Origin: Gnetum montanum
Lineage: Eukaryota; Plantae; Gnetophyta
NCBI GenBank assembly: GCA_015680685.1
Contig: MNCI01000529.1
Location: 1,384-65,383, forward strand
Direction of reading: 5' to 3'
Length of the DNA: 64,000 nucleotides
A program made the translations under genes and the position numbers. Below are positions 14,048 to 27,050 of the stretch, one piece after another. The notes beneath the pieces are model-generated. The model saw nothing but the letters and a program-made list of their open reading frames with translations. It had not been told where the DNA came from and ran no database searches. Positions within the stretch are counted from its first letter, which is position 1, and each line of letters opens with the position of its first letter.

Positions 14048-14960
14048 TATTATTATTATTTTGAAAGGAGCTAAAGGCACTAAGGAGGGAATAAACCAGG
14101 GCCCAATAAAAAAATCAACTAATTGGAACATAGTCAAAAGCCCAAAACTAAAAAAAATTAATAACCTAGATGAAAAGTAGTTCTAATAGAAATGACAAAG
14201 CTAACATATAACTTTTAAGGTAGTTTAGCTACTATAATAGATAGCATACACACTTGTAAAACTCTCTCTAGATCTTCAGAAGCAAATCTATTTTATTAAA
14301 TTACAAAATAAATATACATGGGTTCTTTATAACTTGGATTGAGCACCACCACCAAGTTCAAAGTCACAAATTAAGCTTTTAAGATATAGAGAAAGTGAAA
14401 TCCAAATGTTTAGTCTCAAATGAGAGACATACACATAATAGAGTAAGAGAAAATATAGAAACATAGCTTTTCCAAAAGAGAGAGGACAAAGAAGAAAGAA
14501 GAAAAAGATAAAAAAGAAATTTCAAAGTTAGAATAGAGTCCAAAACCAGAATTTTTAAGGAATAAGCATATAGTTTCTACTTTATAGCAAACACCATTAA
14601 TTTATATTTGTTAGGAAGAAAGTGTTTGAAAAGTAGAAGCTATTTCCATTTAATGTCCATTGCAGAGATGAAGTTGCAAGATGAAAAGCTATTTTCATTA
14701 TTTACCTTCTTCCATTTCTACTTTTAGGTACAAAGCTAGAGATAACATTAAAGCTTAATAGAAATGGAAGCAATCAGTCTTTTTAGTCTAGGCAACAACT
14801 CTTCCTAACTTCATTTAATACTCAAAGCTTTCTATCTTAAAAATGAAGCTATTGCAAATTTCCTTGTAACCATGAGCTTTACAAGGAGGTAGGCATTAAT
14901 TTTGTTAAAACTGACTTCTCTTCTCATGCCATTATTTCTCATTTCTACCATACAAATATT
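14048..14960 (-). mobile_element. Copia (SIRE-like) 5' LTR remnant
   Basis: Abuts the PBS at 14034-14045; colinear homology to 6731-7600. Right boundary approximate. Confidence 0.55.
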
Positions 14961-16951
14961 ATTTAAAAGCTAAACACTTAAAAAAAAATATTCAGCTTCA
15001 CTAAACTTGATAACAGCAATATATTTTCATGGCGAACAATATCAACTAGGCTAGTGCAACACTGAGCTTCCCTGCATTAATAGCGTTTCTTTTTCAAAAA
15101 CCTTTTTGATCTTTGATTTTACCTAAAAGCTTTCATACATGTTGATAATTTTTTTCCTTCTTCTCTTTGTATGCTGCAAAAGGTTTGTAAATAAAGCATT
15201 TTCCTTATTGAATTTGGCTTTAAGAAAATACTAAAACTTTCTTAAATCTTTTATCTGGCTTGCTCTACCGCAGGATGGGCTACTCCTTTTTATAAAAAAA
15301 TATTTTTATTTCTTTTGAGGGCGGCTCAACTTTTTAAGGAAGAAAAGAAGCGCAGTTATTTTTATCTTTTTTACATCTTCTTTTTAGTTTAGTCGCTGGC
15401 CTAGATACGAGTGTGGCCAGTTCTTTTAAGTAATACGTTTATGATACCCCTCATTCATGAAAATTTAGGTGCAACCTGTGAACTTACCGACAACAAAGCA
15501 GCCCAAAGAGAAAGCTCCTGGATAAGATAGGACGAATGGATGGATGATCATTTAGTTGGTTGCCTATTTTTAGGCACTTTTGTGATGCATTATGTGACAA
15601 TTTTTGCTGCACAATCAGCACTGCACATTATCTTGATGTGCTTCTGCCATGATTAAGTCATTCAAAGCATGTGGTATCTCAGAACCTTTTTGTCCTTTAT
15701 ATGACAAAATCTTGAAAAGATGGTTTTCTTTTGGTGAGTGGGATACATCAATTAAGATGAAGGATTAAAACGGTATTGGAAATGATGAATCAAATTGTTT
15801 TCAGAGTTCTTTTTGTTCGTTAATCAAAAGATGTGGTGTGTGCACATCAACTAAGATCAAAGATAAACACGGTCTTAGACTCAAAGGAATCAAATAATTC
15901 CTTTTTAAGAATTTTTTTAAAAAAATAATTATAACTGGAATAAAAGTAAGACTTTTACATATGGACTAAGAATAATGATTAACTATCTAATGAGATTTTA
16001 TTAACTACTTATATAATGCTATATCTACCTAAGTTGAGAATGAAAGTAATTGATGAGTCATAAAGATGATAAGTCATGGAATTCATCTCAATTTCAACCT
16101 TTTGAATTTCTTACCGTGAACGGATGATAAGCTAAAAAGGAGAGTTTACTGATTCAACAGAGAGAACTTTTTCCTTGGTGTGTTAAATGGAATGAACGGA
16201 TGATCATGCGGTTGCTGTACAAGGAGGATCCTTTTTATATCATAATGTTGCTTAAAACCCGTTCCATGCAAAATAAACCCTCATCACAAAATTATAATAT
16301 GACTAACTGCTCGGAGAGACTTAAATTAAGGGCCCGCGTTTACGTCAACGCGATAACGATGGCCGCGTGATAACGATACTCCTCTTTCAATGCGTGTCTG
16401 CGCACGGCGGCGATGAATAGATTTTGGACTTATCGTCACAGACTTCAGTGCATTAAAGAATCATTACCTGGAGCAAAGCTCAGAATCACGCATTTTTTTG
16501 ATGTTTTTGACGTGATACCTGTATTTTAAGTTCATTTGTGATAACAAGTTTCTATATAATATGAAGTGTAGGATAAATATCAACATTTGTATTTTTGAAG
16601 AAGTATTTATGATTTTAGTGATGAATCTTACTGAAAAATATGTTTAAAGCTATATGGTATGAATATAAGCAGCTTTTACCAGTTTAAAATATAAATATAA
16701 TTTATTTTATGTTGAATTTATGAGTTTATTTTGAAGCAATTGATAAGAGGGTTGGTAGCGGAGCCAAAGCCTAAGCTCTTCAAGTGCTTGATCTTATGCT
16801 TGAAACAAGTTCGTCAACTTGAAAAACCAGCAGTTTACAATCACTCTAAATGATAATTTTTTGGACTTCATTAAATTAGTGAAATTAATCCCAAGGAAAA
16901 ATAAATTTGATACTATGATAAACAAAATAGTAATAATGAGCCAAGGAAGTA

Positions 16952-17095
16952 ACAATGAGGTGTTAATTTAATGGTATGGGTTTTAGCCTGCCAAGAACAT
17001 GTCATAAGTTAGATTATACTAGGTAAGATTGAGTTACAAACTTATATAATTCTTGAAGTGTAATTATGTTCTACTTATTTAGGGTTTCAACCCTT
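16952..17095 (+). mobile_element. tRNA-derived SINE remnant (same family as 22624 and 27503)
   Basis: Colinear similarity to 27503-27645 (ACAATGAGGTGTTA...ACTAGGTA..ATTGAGTTA...TTATTT.AGG.TT.CAACCC). Confidence 0.5.
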
Positions 17096-17280
17096 TAATA
17101 ATAAACGGAGGACTTATTCTTCTTTAGAGTGACTTATTACTATGGGCAGCTAAGTTGGATCTCATTTTTCAGATTCTCAAAGGCATTTGAAAATGCAAAG
17201 AAAGGCATAATATAATGATACATATAATTTAAAATTTAAAAAATATCATGTGGATAAGAGATCTCATTGTTGCACCCTAT

Positions 17281-17788
17281 GAAAGGTCATGTCCTGTAAC
17301 ATTGTCCTATCCTCATAACTTCAAAGAACTGGAGTGTGAAAGGTCATGTTCCTCTAACTTTTAAAGAGCTGCAGTGTAAAAGGTTATGTCCTATATCATT
17401 GACAACTGTAAAGAGCTATAGTGTGGTGGCCGACATAATAATGTGGTGCTGTCCCTAACTTTTTTTATAAAGAGCTGCAGTGTAAAGGGTTATGTCCTAT
17501 ATCATTGCCAACTGTAAAGAGGTAAAGGGTTATGTCCTACATCATTGTCAACTGGAAAGAGCTATAATGTGGTGGTCGACATAATAATGTGCTGTCTTAA
17601 CAACAGTGTTTGGATAACTTCAAAGAACTGCAGTGTGAAAGGTCATTAGCTAAATTTTAAAGAGCTGCGGTGTAAAGGGTTATGTCCTACAGCATTGCCT
17701 TAATAACGACTGTAAAGAGCTACAGTGCGGTGCTACAGTGCCGTGGCCAACATAATAATGTGCTGTCTTAACAACAGTATTTGGATAT
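17281..17788. repeat. Compound minisatellite with higher-order repeat structure
   Basis: Core AAAGA(A/G)CT(G/A)CAGTGT occurs 8 times plus 1 truncated copy, interleaved with AAGGGTTATGTCCTA and GACATAATAATGTG modules. Confidence 0.9.
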
Positions 17789-17980
17789 TTCACTAACATT
17801 ATTGTGATTACTAAGTGTCTTTAATGTACCCCCAATCAATTTTATGGATCGATGCTTTGGTATGTACTGGCCTTCATGCGTTATTTGGCATTGCATATAT
17901 ATATCAGAGTCTATATAAATGAATCAGTCTCTTTATAACCACCGACTCCCTTCCATATCAGATAACTTGAATGTCTATTT

Positions 17981-18073
17981 TTGGACCAGTAAAAACATGT
18001 CTAGTAGTGCAACAACTTTTTGGTTTGGACCAGTAAAAACATGTCTAGTAGTGCAACAACTTTTTGGTTTGGA
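17981..18073. repeat. Perfect 44-bp tandem duplication
   Basis: TTGGACCAGTAAAAACATGTCTAGTAGTGCAACAACTTTTTGGT at 17981 and again at 18025. Confidence 0.95.
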
Positions 18074-19053
18074 GAACGTGGCTCGGTATGTTTTCGGGAC
18101 AACGTTTGGACAGCGGACCTAGTTTTATCCCTAAGCTCACCATAGTTGGTAACTTCTGTTCCACCATTTTGTGAACAGAAAAGTAGATTTCCTAAGTCTT
18201 TTGTGTTTTAAGTATAATTATTTACATTTTAGAGATTCACATTTTTTTGTGGCAGGATTCTCAATATGTAAATCAACTTCAAACTACGGTTGAAGAAATG
18301 AAGAACATGATGCGGATCCTTGCTCTGTTTCAATCAAACAGGGCAGGGATGAAATCTCCGGGCTATGGTTCACCTTAACAACCTAAGCCAAACCTAAGCA
18401 TCATTTCTTTTCTTGGTCCTTGATTTCATTGAACCGAGGCTTCACTTCTTAGGAGTTGATTGTACTAAATGCACCATTTGTCAACATAGTTACCAAGAAA
18501 TTGACAAACAGAAATGGCCAAGGACAAGGTTGGGGAAAAGAAACACCATAAAGAATCCAAACAATAATCTAAAAGAATTTGAATATTTCCATGTCAAAAA
18601 TGAAATAGAAGTGATACGTGGGAAGAGAACTACTAATATAACTCATATATTATGAAAGAAATTATGGTTTATGGAGAGATATCCTTAATTTAAATGTATT
18701 TTATTTAATAATTATGGAAAAACCTTTCAATGTTCTCAGAAAAATATATTAATATGGGAGGAACAGTAAACACCTAAGGCAACAGCATTTTGAAATGGGT
18801 TTCCTTTACAGAACTAGAAAACACATTGGCAATCCGCTGCATTTCTCACAACTAGGTTTGTCAAGCCAAATAACTCTTTTGTGCATGTTTTTTTTGGGAG
18901 TTCTCAGTCTTTCAACATTGGAAGTGGTGTCAGTTTCCCTCTATGTATCTTTAAAGATGATTGTGTTAGGTGACACCTTCAAAAGACTTGGGAAATCCTC
19001 TTATCTATTGCTAGTAATATTCAACTTCAATGTCCAAAACTAGGATTTACCCA

Positions 19054-19388
19054 TAATATTACTTTCTCTTAAGGGTGGTCCCTTTTGAATTGCGTGCTTT
19101 GGGTTTTAGCTTTCATCATGGATTGCCGCCACTGACTGAAGGGTCATCTTGCAACTTTGGGCTCTGGTAAGGCTTTGGCTTTAAGGTTCCCATCAAACAA
19201 AGACAGGGAAAGTAATATTACTTTCTCTTAAGGGTGTCCCTTTTGAATTGCCTGCTTTGGTTTTTAGGTTTCATCATAGGGTGCCATAAGCTTTTGTCTT
19301 GTTGCCGCTGACTGAAGGGTTATCATGCAACTTTGGGCTCTGTTAAGGCTTTGGCTCTAAGTTTCCCATCATACAAAAACAGGGAAAG
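19054..19388. repeat. Diverged tandem duplication (159 and 176 bp) just upstream of the BSP-like start codon
   Basis: Copy 1 is 19054-19212 and copy 2 is 19213-19388; both start TAATATTACTTTCTCTTAAGGGTG and end ACAGGGAAAG. Confidence 0.9.
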
Positions 19389-19464
19389 GATGAAATCTCC
19401 TATCTGTGGCTCACCTTAACAACCACCCCCCAGCCCCCATTCATCCAATCTAGCGGTGGCAGCC

Positions 19465-21945
19465 ATGAACAAATATGCACAGAACACATGGCTGCAACTG
19501 CCCTGTTTCTGCACTATTTTTCTGCTGATCCTTGTTGGCCAGGCTGACGCTTTGCCATCTGATCACGCGATAAAAATCATCCGCAAAATCAACGCAGAAG
19601 GGAAACTTCTTGGGATTGTGGTTCCAAATGCTTTTGAGCTGAGTCCGCTCCTCAACTCTTCTGCTTTTGTTCCCCATGCAAGATTTCCTGTGCTCGATGT
19701 CTCAGGCAGAAGATTCCGGTTCGGTGCAATCCATGGAAGAAAAGTTGTTATTATCATGTCTGGGCTTGGAATGGTTAGATTCTGCTGCGTGAATTTCTTT
19801 CTTTTGAAAGAAAAGTTTTTCTGGGTCTTATTTTGGGATTCTTATGTTTGATTGGTTGTTTTCTTTCAGTTGAATTCTGGGCTATCAACCCAGCTGCTGT
19901 TGAGCCTGTTTTCTGTGGAGGGCATTCTTCATTATGGAATTGCAGGAAATGCGGATCCTGATTTGCATGTTGGGGATGTTACCATTCCTAGACCTTGGGC
20001 TCATACTGGACTCTGGAATTGGCAGGCAGATTTCGAGTTTTCTTTTCTTTTCCTTTGTTTTTCTTTCGTTATTTTGTCATTTTTGTTTTTCCCTTCTGTT
20101 GCATATATTCAATAATGAGAAAAACCATCGATCTGCTATTAACGCCGTTAGAGGATAAAGTGAAATGCAGGAGTTCCAGTTTTCAAAGAACTAGAGTTAA
20201 ATACGGTGTTGCAGAATCTTAATGCTTTACTGCATACTCCGTAGACTCCAGAACTAGAATCTTTATGGAAATCAACAGACATACTAAATCTTAATGTTTT
20301 ACTGCATCCTCCGTAGACTCCAGAATATGCGGGACAGAGAATTTTTTATAAGCTTTTTGACCTCGGGAAATTTTTAACTGTCCCTTTTTCAGAGATATTT
20401 TGTTGGAACTTTTGCTAGGGGTTTTCCAAATTTCATATTGTGCTTCTTGTATCATGTTTGTGCTGGAGTTTTGAGGTTGGGTTGTTGGTTTGGTTGTGCA
20501 TTGTTACAGCGATATTGTGAGGGGCCTAGAAATGAGCTGGCATTTGAATCCAATGGAGATTACACCAGAAAAATTGGGAACCTAAGATTTTCAGACAGCA
20601 ATGTGAATTCATCATTAAAGAATTATCTTAACAGAGTTTGGTACCAACCAGAGGAGGTATTTGCCGTTGGATCTACGCCAGAAGTGAGACAACATTATTT
20701 TTGGGTAGATGTTAACGAACATTATTTCCAAAAAGCAAAGGCGTTGGAGGTAAAAATTAAACAACCATGTCTCTGATACTTTTGTCTACTTGGATAGCTA
20801 GAAATTATACGGTAGATTATTGATAATGACTTTTGTTTCATTTATTTGAGGTCAAACTTCTGTGTTATATATAACCGTTATGGATTGTTCTTACTTCTGC
20901 AACTAGAATCCGCTCCATTTCTGTCTTCGTGTAGATCTTATTCATTATGCATGCATACAGACATACAACCGTATAGATGAGCTTGAATGTTTTAGGTTTA
21001 ATGCCTGAATTACGTATCCTGCGACTTCACGTACTCCACGACTGATCCACCCACCCTTTTTTGTTTTCTTCCCGGTTAGGTAACTATGAAAGTACGGTTC
21101 TTCCCGATAGATTGAAATTTCGTGTTTGATCGGAAAACACGCAAACAGTATTAAAACCATATCTGAGAAATTAGAATGAACGATGATAAAAATCGGAAAA
21201 AACTATGAAAAGAAAATTTGTATCCGCTGCAGTTGGCTCTTACATGTTTCCATTTTATTTCATGGTAAAGTTCAGGTACAGCAGCAGTTCAAATATAGAA
21301 TTTTAATTTTCTACCTTCGATAAGAATCAGCAACAAACAACCTATGAAATTTTAAGAATCATTAAAAAGACATTGCCATATCCACAACTATATAACTGAT
21401 CGGATGCTAGACCGGCTTGATTGTTGGCTTGTGGAATAATCTGGGATGTCACAGGATATCTTTCCTAATCAGGATTGAATGTGTGGGGTTTTAAATCTTT
21501 AGTTAGCTAAACAAATCCAAAGATTATAAAACCGCCTATTGTAGGCAACAGCCTTACCTTTACATGAATTATTTCCTAACAAATAGAGTAATGTTATGTT
21601 ATGGATGTGCAGAGATTGAAGCCAGAGAGATGCTTGAACTCAACAACTTGCCTATCACAGGAGCCAAAGGTGGTAAGAGTGGAGCGAGGGTCAAGTGCGA
21701 ATGTATTGGTAGACAATGCTGCATGCAGAAACTTTCTCTTTAACAAATTCAAGGTCACTACCATAGACATGGAGAGTGCTGCAGTAGGGCTTGTATGTTT
21801 GGCTGAGAAAGTGCCTTTTCTTGTGATAAGGGCTCTCTCAGACTTGGCAGGAGGTTCTTCTGAATCTAATGAAGCGGCTGTATTTGGTGGCCTCTCCTCA
21901 CTTAATGCGGCTAATGCAGTTGTCAGGTTCATTAAACTTCTGTGA
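19465..21945 (+). CDS. Bark storage protein A-like / nucleoside phosphorylase (PNP_UDP_1, MTA-SAH nucleosidase-like) family protein, 4 exons, about 345 aa, N-terminal signal peptide
   Basis: Exons 19465-19773, 19870-20025, 20510-20749 and 21613-21945 join in phase 0 with no internal stop. Family motifs: GRRFRFG, HYGIAGNA, WAHTGLWNWQ, VWYQPEE, DMESAAV, IRALSDLAGG. Hydrophobic leader ends GQADA. Confidence 0.93.
20215..20325. repeat. 39-bp direct repeat pair in intron 2
   Basis: AATCTTAATG(C/T)TTTACTGCAT(A/C)CTCCGTAGACTCCAGAA at 20215 and 20287. Confidence 0.85.
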
Positions 21946-22623
21946 TCGAATTCATGTAAATGTTTTCAGCTTCCTTATTTTAGATCTTATGATACAGCCA
22001 ATCTTCACCTTCCTTGCATCAAATATTAGCACTTTGACATTCCTACTTGTCTGAGTTTTGTTGCTCCGTGTCCAGAAGTGCAGGGAGACGTAAATAAATT
22101 TTATTTCTTGAAACCGAAACTGGTGGTTCTGTATTTATAAACTCTCAAACATTATACAGGCAGGCTATCTTGTCAGTTCGTTCATTTTTTAAGTAAAATT
22201 ACCATTAGCATTTATGTACCAAATATATGTTTAAATTTAATTGTAATTTGCTGATGGTTTTCTTTTGAATTTACCCTATTCAATGTTGTTTTTAACTTTA
22301 TTCGAAAATATGTTGAACTTTTGTAAGCCGTGAATAAATCCTTTTAGATGCAATAAAAATTTCTAGTTTCTAGGTTCCAATTTTTCTTATAGACCGTTCC
22401 GTCTAGCTTAGCTTTTAAGTAACCGTTTTAAATGTGATTTTCTCTTTAAATTACCAAATTACTTAAAATAACTTTTTGAAAATTTTAATATATAATGCCT
22501 TGGTACTTTATTGTTCAAGAGACAATAGACATTAGCCATCTCCTTAGCCCTGACTTATATAGCAACATTGCAAAGAGGTTAATAAAAATGATTTTTTAAA
22601 AGTGTTTTTTTTATGTATGATCA

Positions 22624-22705
22624 TAATGAAGTCTTAGCCTAGTGGTAAGGATTGGTAACCTTACATCATAGGTTTGATTACACTCAATAGCACTAAGTTA
22701 TAAAT
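22624..22705 (+). mobile_element. tRNA-derived SINE 5' remnant
   Basis: A-box-like TAGCCTAGTGG and decayed B-box GGTTTGATT; similar to 27503-27590. Confidence 0.45.
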
Positions 22706-23199
22706 TTTAAAAAATCCAATAAAAAGAATTCTAAAACTAATCCAATAGATCCCGTGGATGTAACTAACAAATTTTAGTTTCAATGTTAATGAAATAAATC
22801 AACTTTGAATTGATGGATTCTATCTTTTTGAAAATTAATTTGTAATGGCCTATTTTTGGTATCTTATTATTAAATTTGTTTATTGGCACTTCAACTTTAA
22901 AATATGATTATTCAATTATTGATTTTATTGAATTGATGTGTAATTTGAATACTCATTTGATTTATTTGAAAGAAAATACCTATTAAGCAAGTTTTCTCTC
23001 AATTTTTCTCTAGCAAATTTGATGGTTGTTTAACTAATCGAATTTTTCTTTAACAAATTTGATATTTCTCTATCCAATATGATTTTCTTCGAGAGGACTT
23101 AATTTTTCTCTTTTCAATTTTTCTATAGCAAATTTGATCTCTCTAGAATTCTCTTGAGGATTCTAAATTACCTCTAATCTCTTTAGTTAATACCAAAAC

Positions 23200-26100
23200 T
23201 TCTACTTTTATTGATGTGAAATTTTTTGTTAATTCTTTAAGAATGCAAATTTACAAGCTAATAAGCAAAAGTTTAAGATGCCTTCTTCTACTAACATTTG
23301 AGATTGCAACTAGAACATCTAATTTTGTTCTCTTTGATGATTTATATGTGTTACAAGTGACTAATTGTTGATCTTATATCACAAAATGTGTTTATTTAAA
23401 TTTTGATTTACCTTCCTCATAATCAAAGTCATTCATGCCAAGTATTATTCTCATATTTTGTTTCTTGGAATGCTTCAATGATGCAGTGTGCCTTATTATT
23501 CTCATATCTTTTTGCTTGGGAATGCTTCAATGGTGCATTGTGCCCTAGATATAGGATTATTTATACATAAACTTATAATGATGATAATTCATAATGGACT
23601 TTGCATTTTGATGCGTGAAGAATACTCTATATTTCCATGTTTTGTCAAGTTATTTAATGTATTGCTAATTTTTCAGAAAGTTAACCAAGAGATTATTAGT
23701 CTTCGTGGTTCTATTAAGTATATGGAATCTATTTCTACATCATTTCATTCTCATAGATATTTTTCTATTGAAATAAATCTTATTCATTGTAAAAAGCAAC
23801 TGATATTACAAGAAGGAAAGAAGACTTATATTCAACCAATCGCATATTATAATCTTTATTATTTTTTTAACTTTTATCATTGTGAAGGATATTTGTTTAA
23901 AATCTAAATGTAAATATATAAAAAATCAAGCTACTATCAATGATAAGATTCATCAAATGATAATAAAGAAACTCGAGAAGACAAAAGCTTCTATTTTTCT
24001 TAAGGAAGCACTGATATTACTAACTCAAAGATTAAACTTTATATTAAGAAGTGGTATAATGCTAATGACAAAAAATCTAAATATAAGGTCAATTGAGATG
24101 AATAAATTATTGGACAATTAATATTATCATTTTCTATTGGATCTTCATCTACTACAATAGTTGATATTTCATAAAAAAAATTTATTGCTATCTCAAAGTA
24201 ATTTGCTATTTTAGGTTTAAGAATGGATTTTGGAAGTTATATAAATGTTATTAGAATTGGGATCATTCTCCCTACTAACAATTAATTTCCCTCTCTTGAT
24301 TCTTATATCAACATTATAAAAAGATATTCTCTCTTTATCTTAACTAATTGTTGCAAGCAAATTATTAGGAGTTAAAATATTTGAACATGTTGCCCATTTT
24401 GAAGATTTGCTATGTAATTGCCAATAGGTAAACTTCCTTGATGTTTTTTATTATGAAGAGTTATTTTGAAATCATTTGAATTAACAACAGGTTTTTGTGA
24501 GACCTTAGGAGCATATATTTATTTCCTCTTAGTCATTAAATAATTCTTTGAAATTGATTTTACTAGAACCTTTCTCAAAAATATGTTTAGGGTGGATAGA
24601 AGTGAGAAAAATGGATGGGCTAACTCTTAAACATTAGTAGAAGAAATTTTTGCAAGATTTGTAATATCTATTAGAAAAACCTTAGTAGGATCTATAACAA
24701 TTGTAGAAAAAACCTTAGTATAGTTTATAGTAGATTGGTATTGACACACTTGTATAGTTCTTTTTTAAAAGCATAATATGATATGAATTAAGCATATGAC
24801 CCTTCAGATAATAATAGTGACTTGACTTTTGAAGACTACAATTAAAAACCTTCACATATTAATACCCTTCTCTTCATAAGAGTTGAAAAAAATAGCATAC
24901 CCCTTAGAATGAAACCTAAATTATCATCCTCCTAAAATCCAACCTATGTGGTGTTGGACCCCAAATAATATATATTAAAAATAAAAATTTAAAGTACAAA
25001 TGTAGAGGAGTATTGTAAAAAGAAGAAACTCCAAATTAACAAAAGAAGAAAGACCTAATGATTTTGAGAATGCCTTTTTATGTTTTCATCCTTATAACTA
25101 ATCTTAAGGGAGGGAGTGTTGAAAATCGAAAGAAGTGTAATATAGTTCAATTACAATTTTATAACTTAGCATTGCCAACTAGAATTGAATCTATGATTTG
25201 GATGCTTCAAATAAAGAGTCTTACCACTAGGTTAACACCTCATTATTTTTATAACAAATCTTGAAAAACCTCTCCTTGGGTATAGGAATTCATACATTCA
25301 ATAAAAAGATTAACATTTGATGGAGGAAGAGGAGGCCCTCTCCCTATTAATAGAATCAATATTATCAAAATATATTATCTTTATATCCTAAGCAATAGCT
25401 ACAAATGAATTATTAGTAGTTAAAATATTTTAAGCATGATGTTTATTTTGAAGATTTGACATATAATCACTAACAGATAGACTTCCTCAACATTTTTTAA
25501 TATGAAGAATTATTTGCAAACCATCTAAATCAACAAGTTTTGTAAGATCTTAGGAGCCAAATCTATTAAAATTGAGTTGACTATAACTTTCTTAAAAGGT
25601 ACATTTTATTGAACAATAATAAAAGAAAAGGGTGGAATAACTATTGAAATATCAACAAAAGAAATTGTTGTAGGATCTATTACATCTGTAAAAAAAAAAA
25701 AACTTAACAATGTTTACAACATTTGTAGAAGAAACCTTAAAGTATTTCTTGTAGCTTGGTGCTTGTAATGTCCTATCCCTTGTTAAGGATGGAAATGTAT
25801 TATAAAATGTGATTAACCTTCAAATGAAGGGGTGTCACATTATGAGGAGTTATGATTATTCATGTTCCCCTTGGGAATGGGTTTGACCTATGCCACTTAA
25901 GGTTGAGTTTAGAGGTCATGCTAGCATGGAGTCATAGAGCCTTTATTGGCAAGTGACAAGTGTTGGGTGAAGTGGGATAGAAGGAAGTAATCACCCTTTT
26001 GGCTAGATAGTGTAATTGTGGTGGTAGTGCCGGGTTGCCTCTAAGGCTTAAGTGGCATGGAAAGATAACCCAGAAGGCATTATAGTGTATTACTCTTATT

Positions 26101-27050
26101 AATAAAATTTTTCTCTCTTTTTCCTTCTTGTTAAATTTAATGCCTAGTAATTTACCAGGTTATTCATTCATTAAGTTATTTCATGGTATCTTCATTATCA
26201 TGCTCATGAATGCAATGAATTAAGTGATGAATGATCATTCTTTTAATGACATCTAAGAATAGGATGTCATAGTGATAATGCACTTGCATAGCCTTTTTTA
26301 TAACATAAAAGGACAGGAATCAAATATATGATCCTCTTGATGACAATAGTAACATGACTTTGAAAGATTATAACAAACAACCTTTTACATATAATTAATT
26401 CTACGAGCATGCAAAATAATTTCTTACTTAAGAAAATTAAGATTCATCTCAATCATATATCAAATTCTATGAAATCCATTACATCTTACTAGGGTTTTAA
26501 AATGCTTAATTGTCCTAATTCAAGAGATAATGTCCTTTAGAATTTTTTCAAAAATCAATGAAAGGTTTGACAATTCAACAACATAAGGGATCCTTTAAAA
26601 TACAAAAGATGATGGATTAAAAATCATATTCCACTTTTGAATAATTAATAAAGCATGATGATGATTAAAAATATCAATGTTGAGAGACTTAATAACCATT
26701 ATAGAATCAATAAATTCTACTAACAAAAATGAGTTTGATAAATAAAATACATGGATAGTATCCAATTCTTAATGTTTTCAAACAAAATTTAAAAATTTAA
26801 CAAATGAGGTAAATAATTCAAAATTTTCATGAAAACATACCTTCCAAGAATTTCCTAGCTAATAGATTCATATAAATCATCAAGTAACTCATAGAATGAC
26901 AAAGAAGTAGTGGATCTACTTGAAGGGTTACTTACTAAATCTGGCAACATTAAATGTAATTCCAAATAATGCACTAGAAAAAAATGAGATCCACTAAAAA
27001 AACCAAATTTATTGAAGAAATATTAAATCCATAGAAAAATAGAGATTCAT
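23200..27050. mobile_element. Cluster of very old L1-like LINE ORF1 remnants with an internal duplication
   Basis: Minus reading near 26645-26510 gives IQKWNMIFNPSS..PLCVELSNLSLIFEKILKDII (DUF4283-like pattern, with frameshift); 24290-24870 is homologous to 25335-25760 plus 26275-26395. Confidence 0.4.
25764..26084. mobile_element. Probable small solo LTR
   Basis: Termini TGTAATGTC...GGCATTATA (decayed inverted repeat); flanks GTGCT and GTGTA as an imperfect TSD; interrupts the duplicated block. Confidence 0.4.

Noticed and set aside
14990-15071. Minus-strand peptide SLVDIVRHENILLL resembling a kinase subdomain
   Set aside because: Too short, with no other kinase motifs nearby.
17281-17788. 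CRISPR-like array
   Set aside because: The intervening sequences are themselves repeated modules; eukaryotic minisatellite.
19130-19335. CTGAAG...AACT in the promoter duplication resembling miR395
   Set aside because: The central sequence does not match and no fold-back arm is evident.
21594-21932. 112-aa minus ORF over BSP exon 4
   Set aside because: Shadow ORF of the real plus-strand exon.
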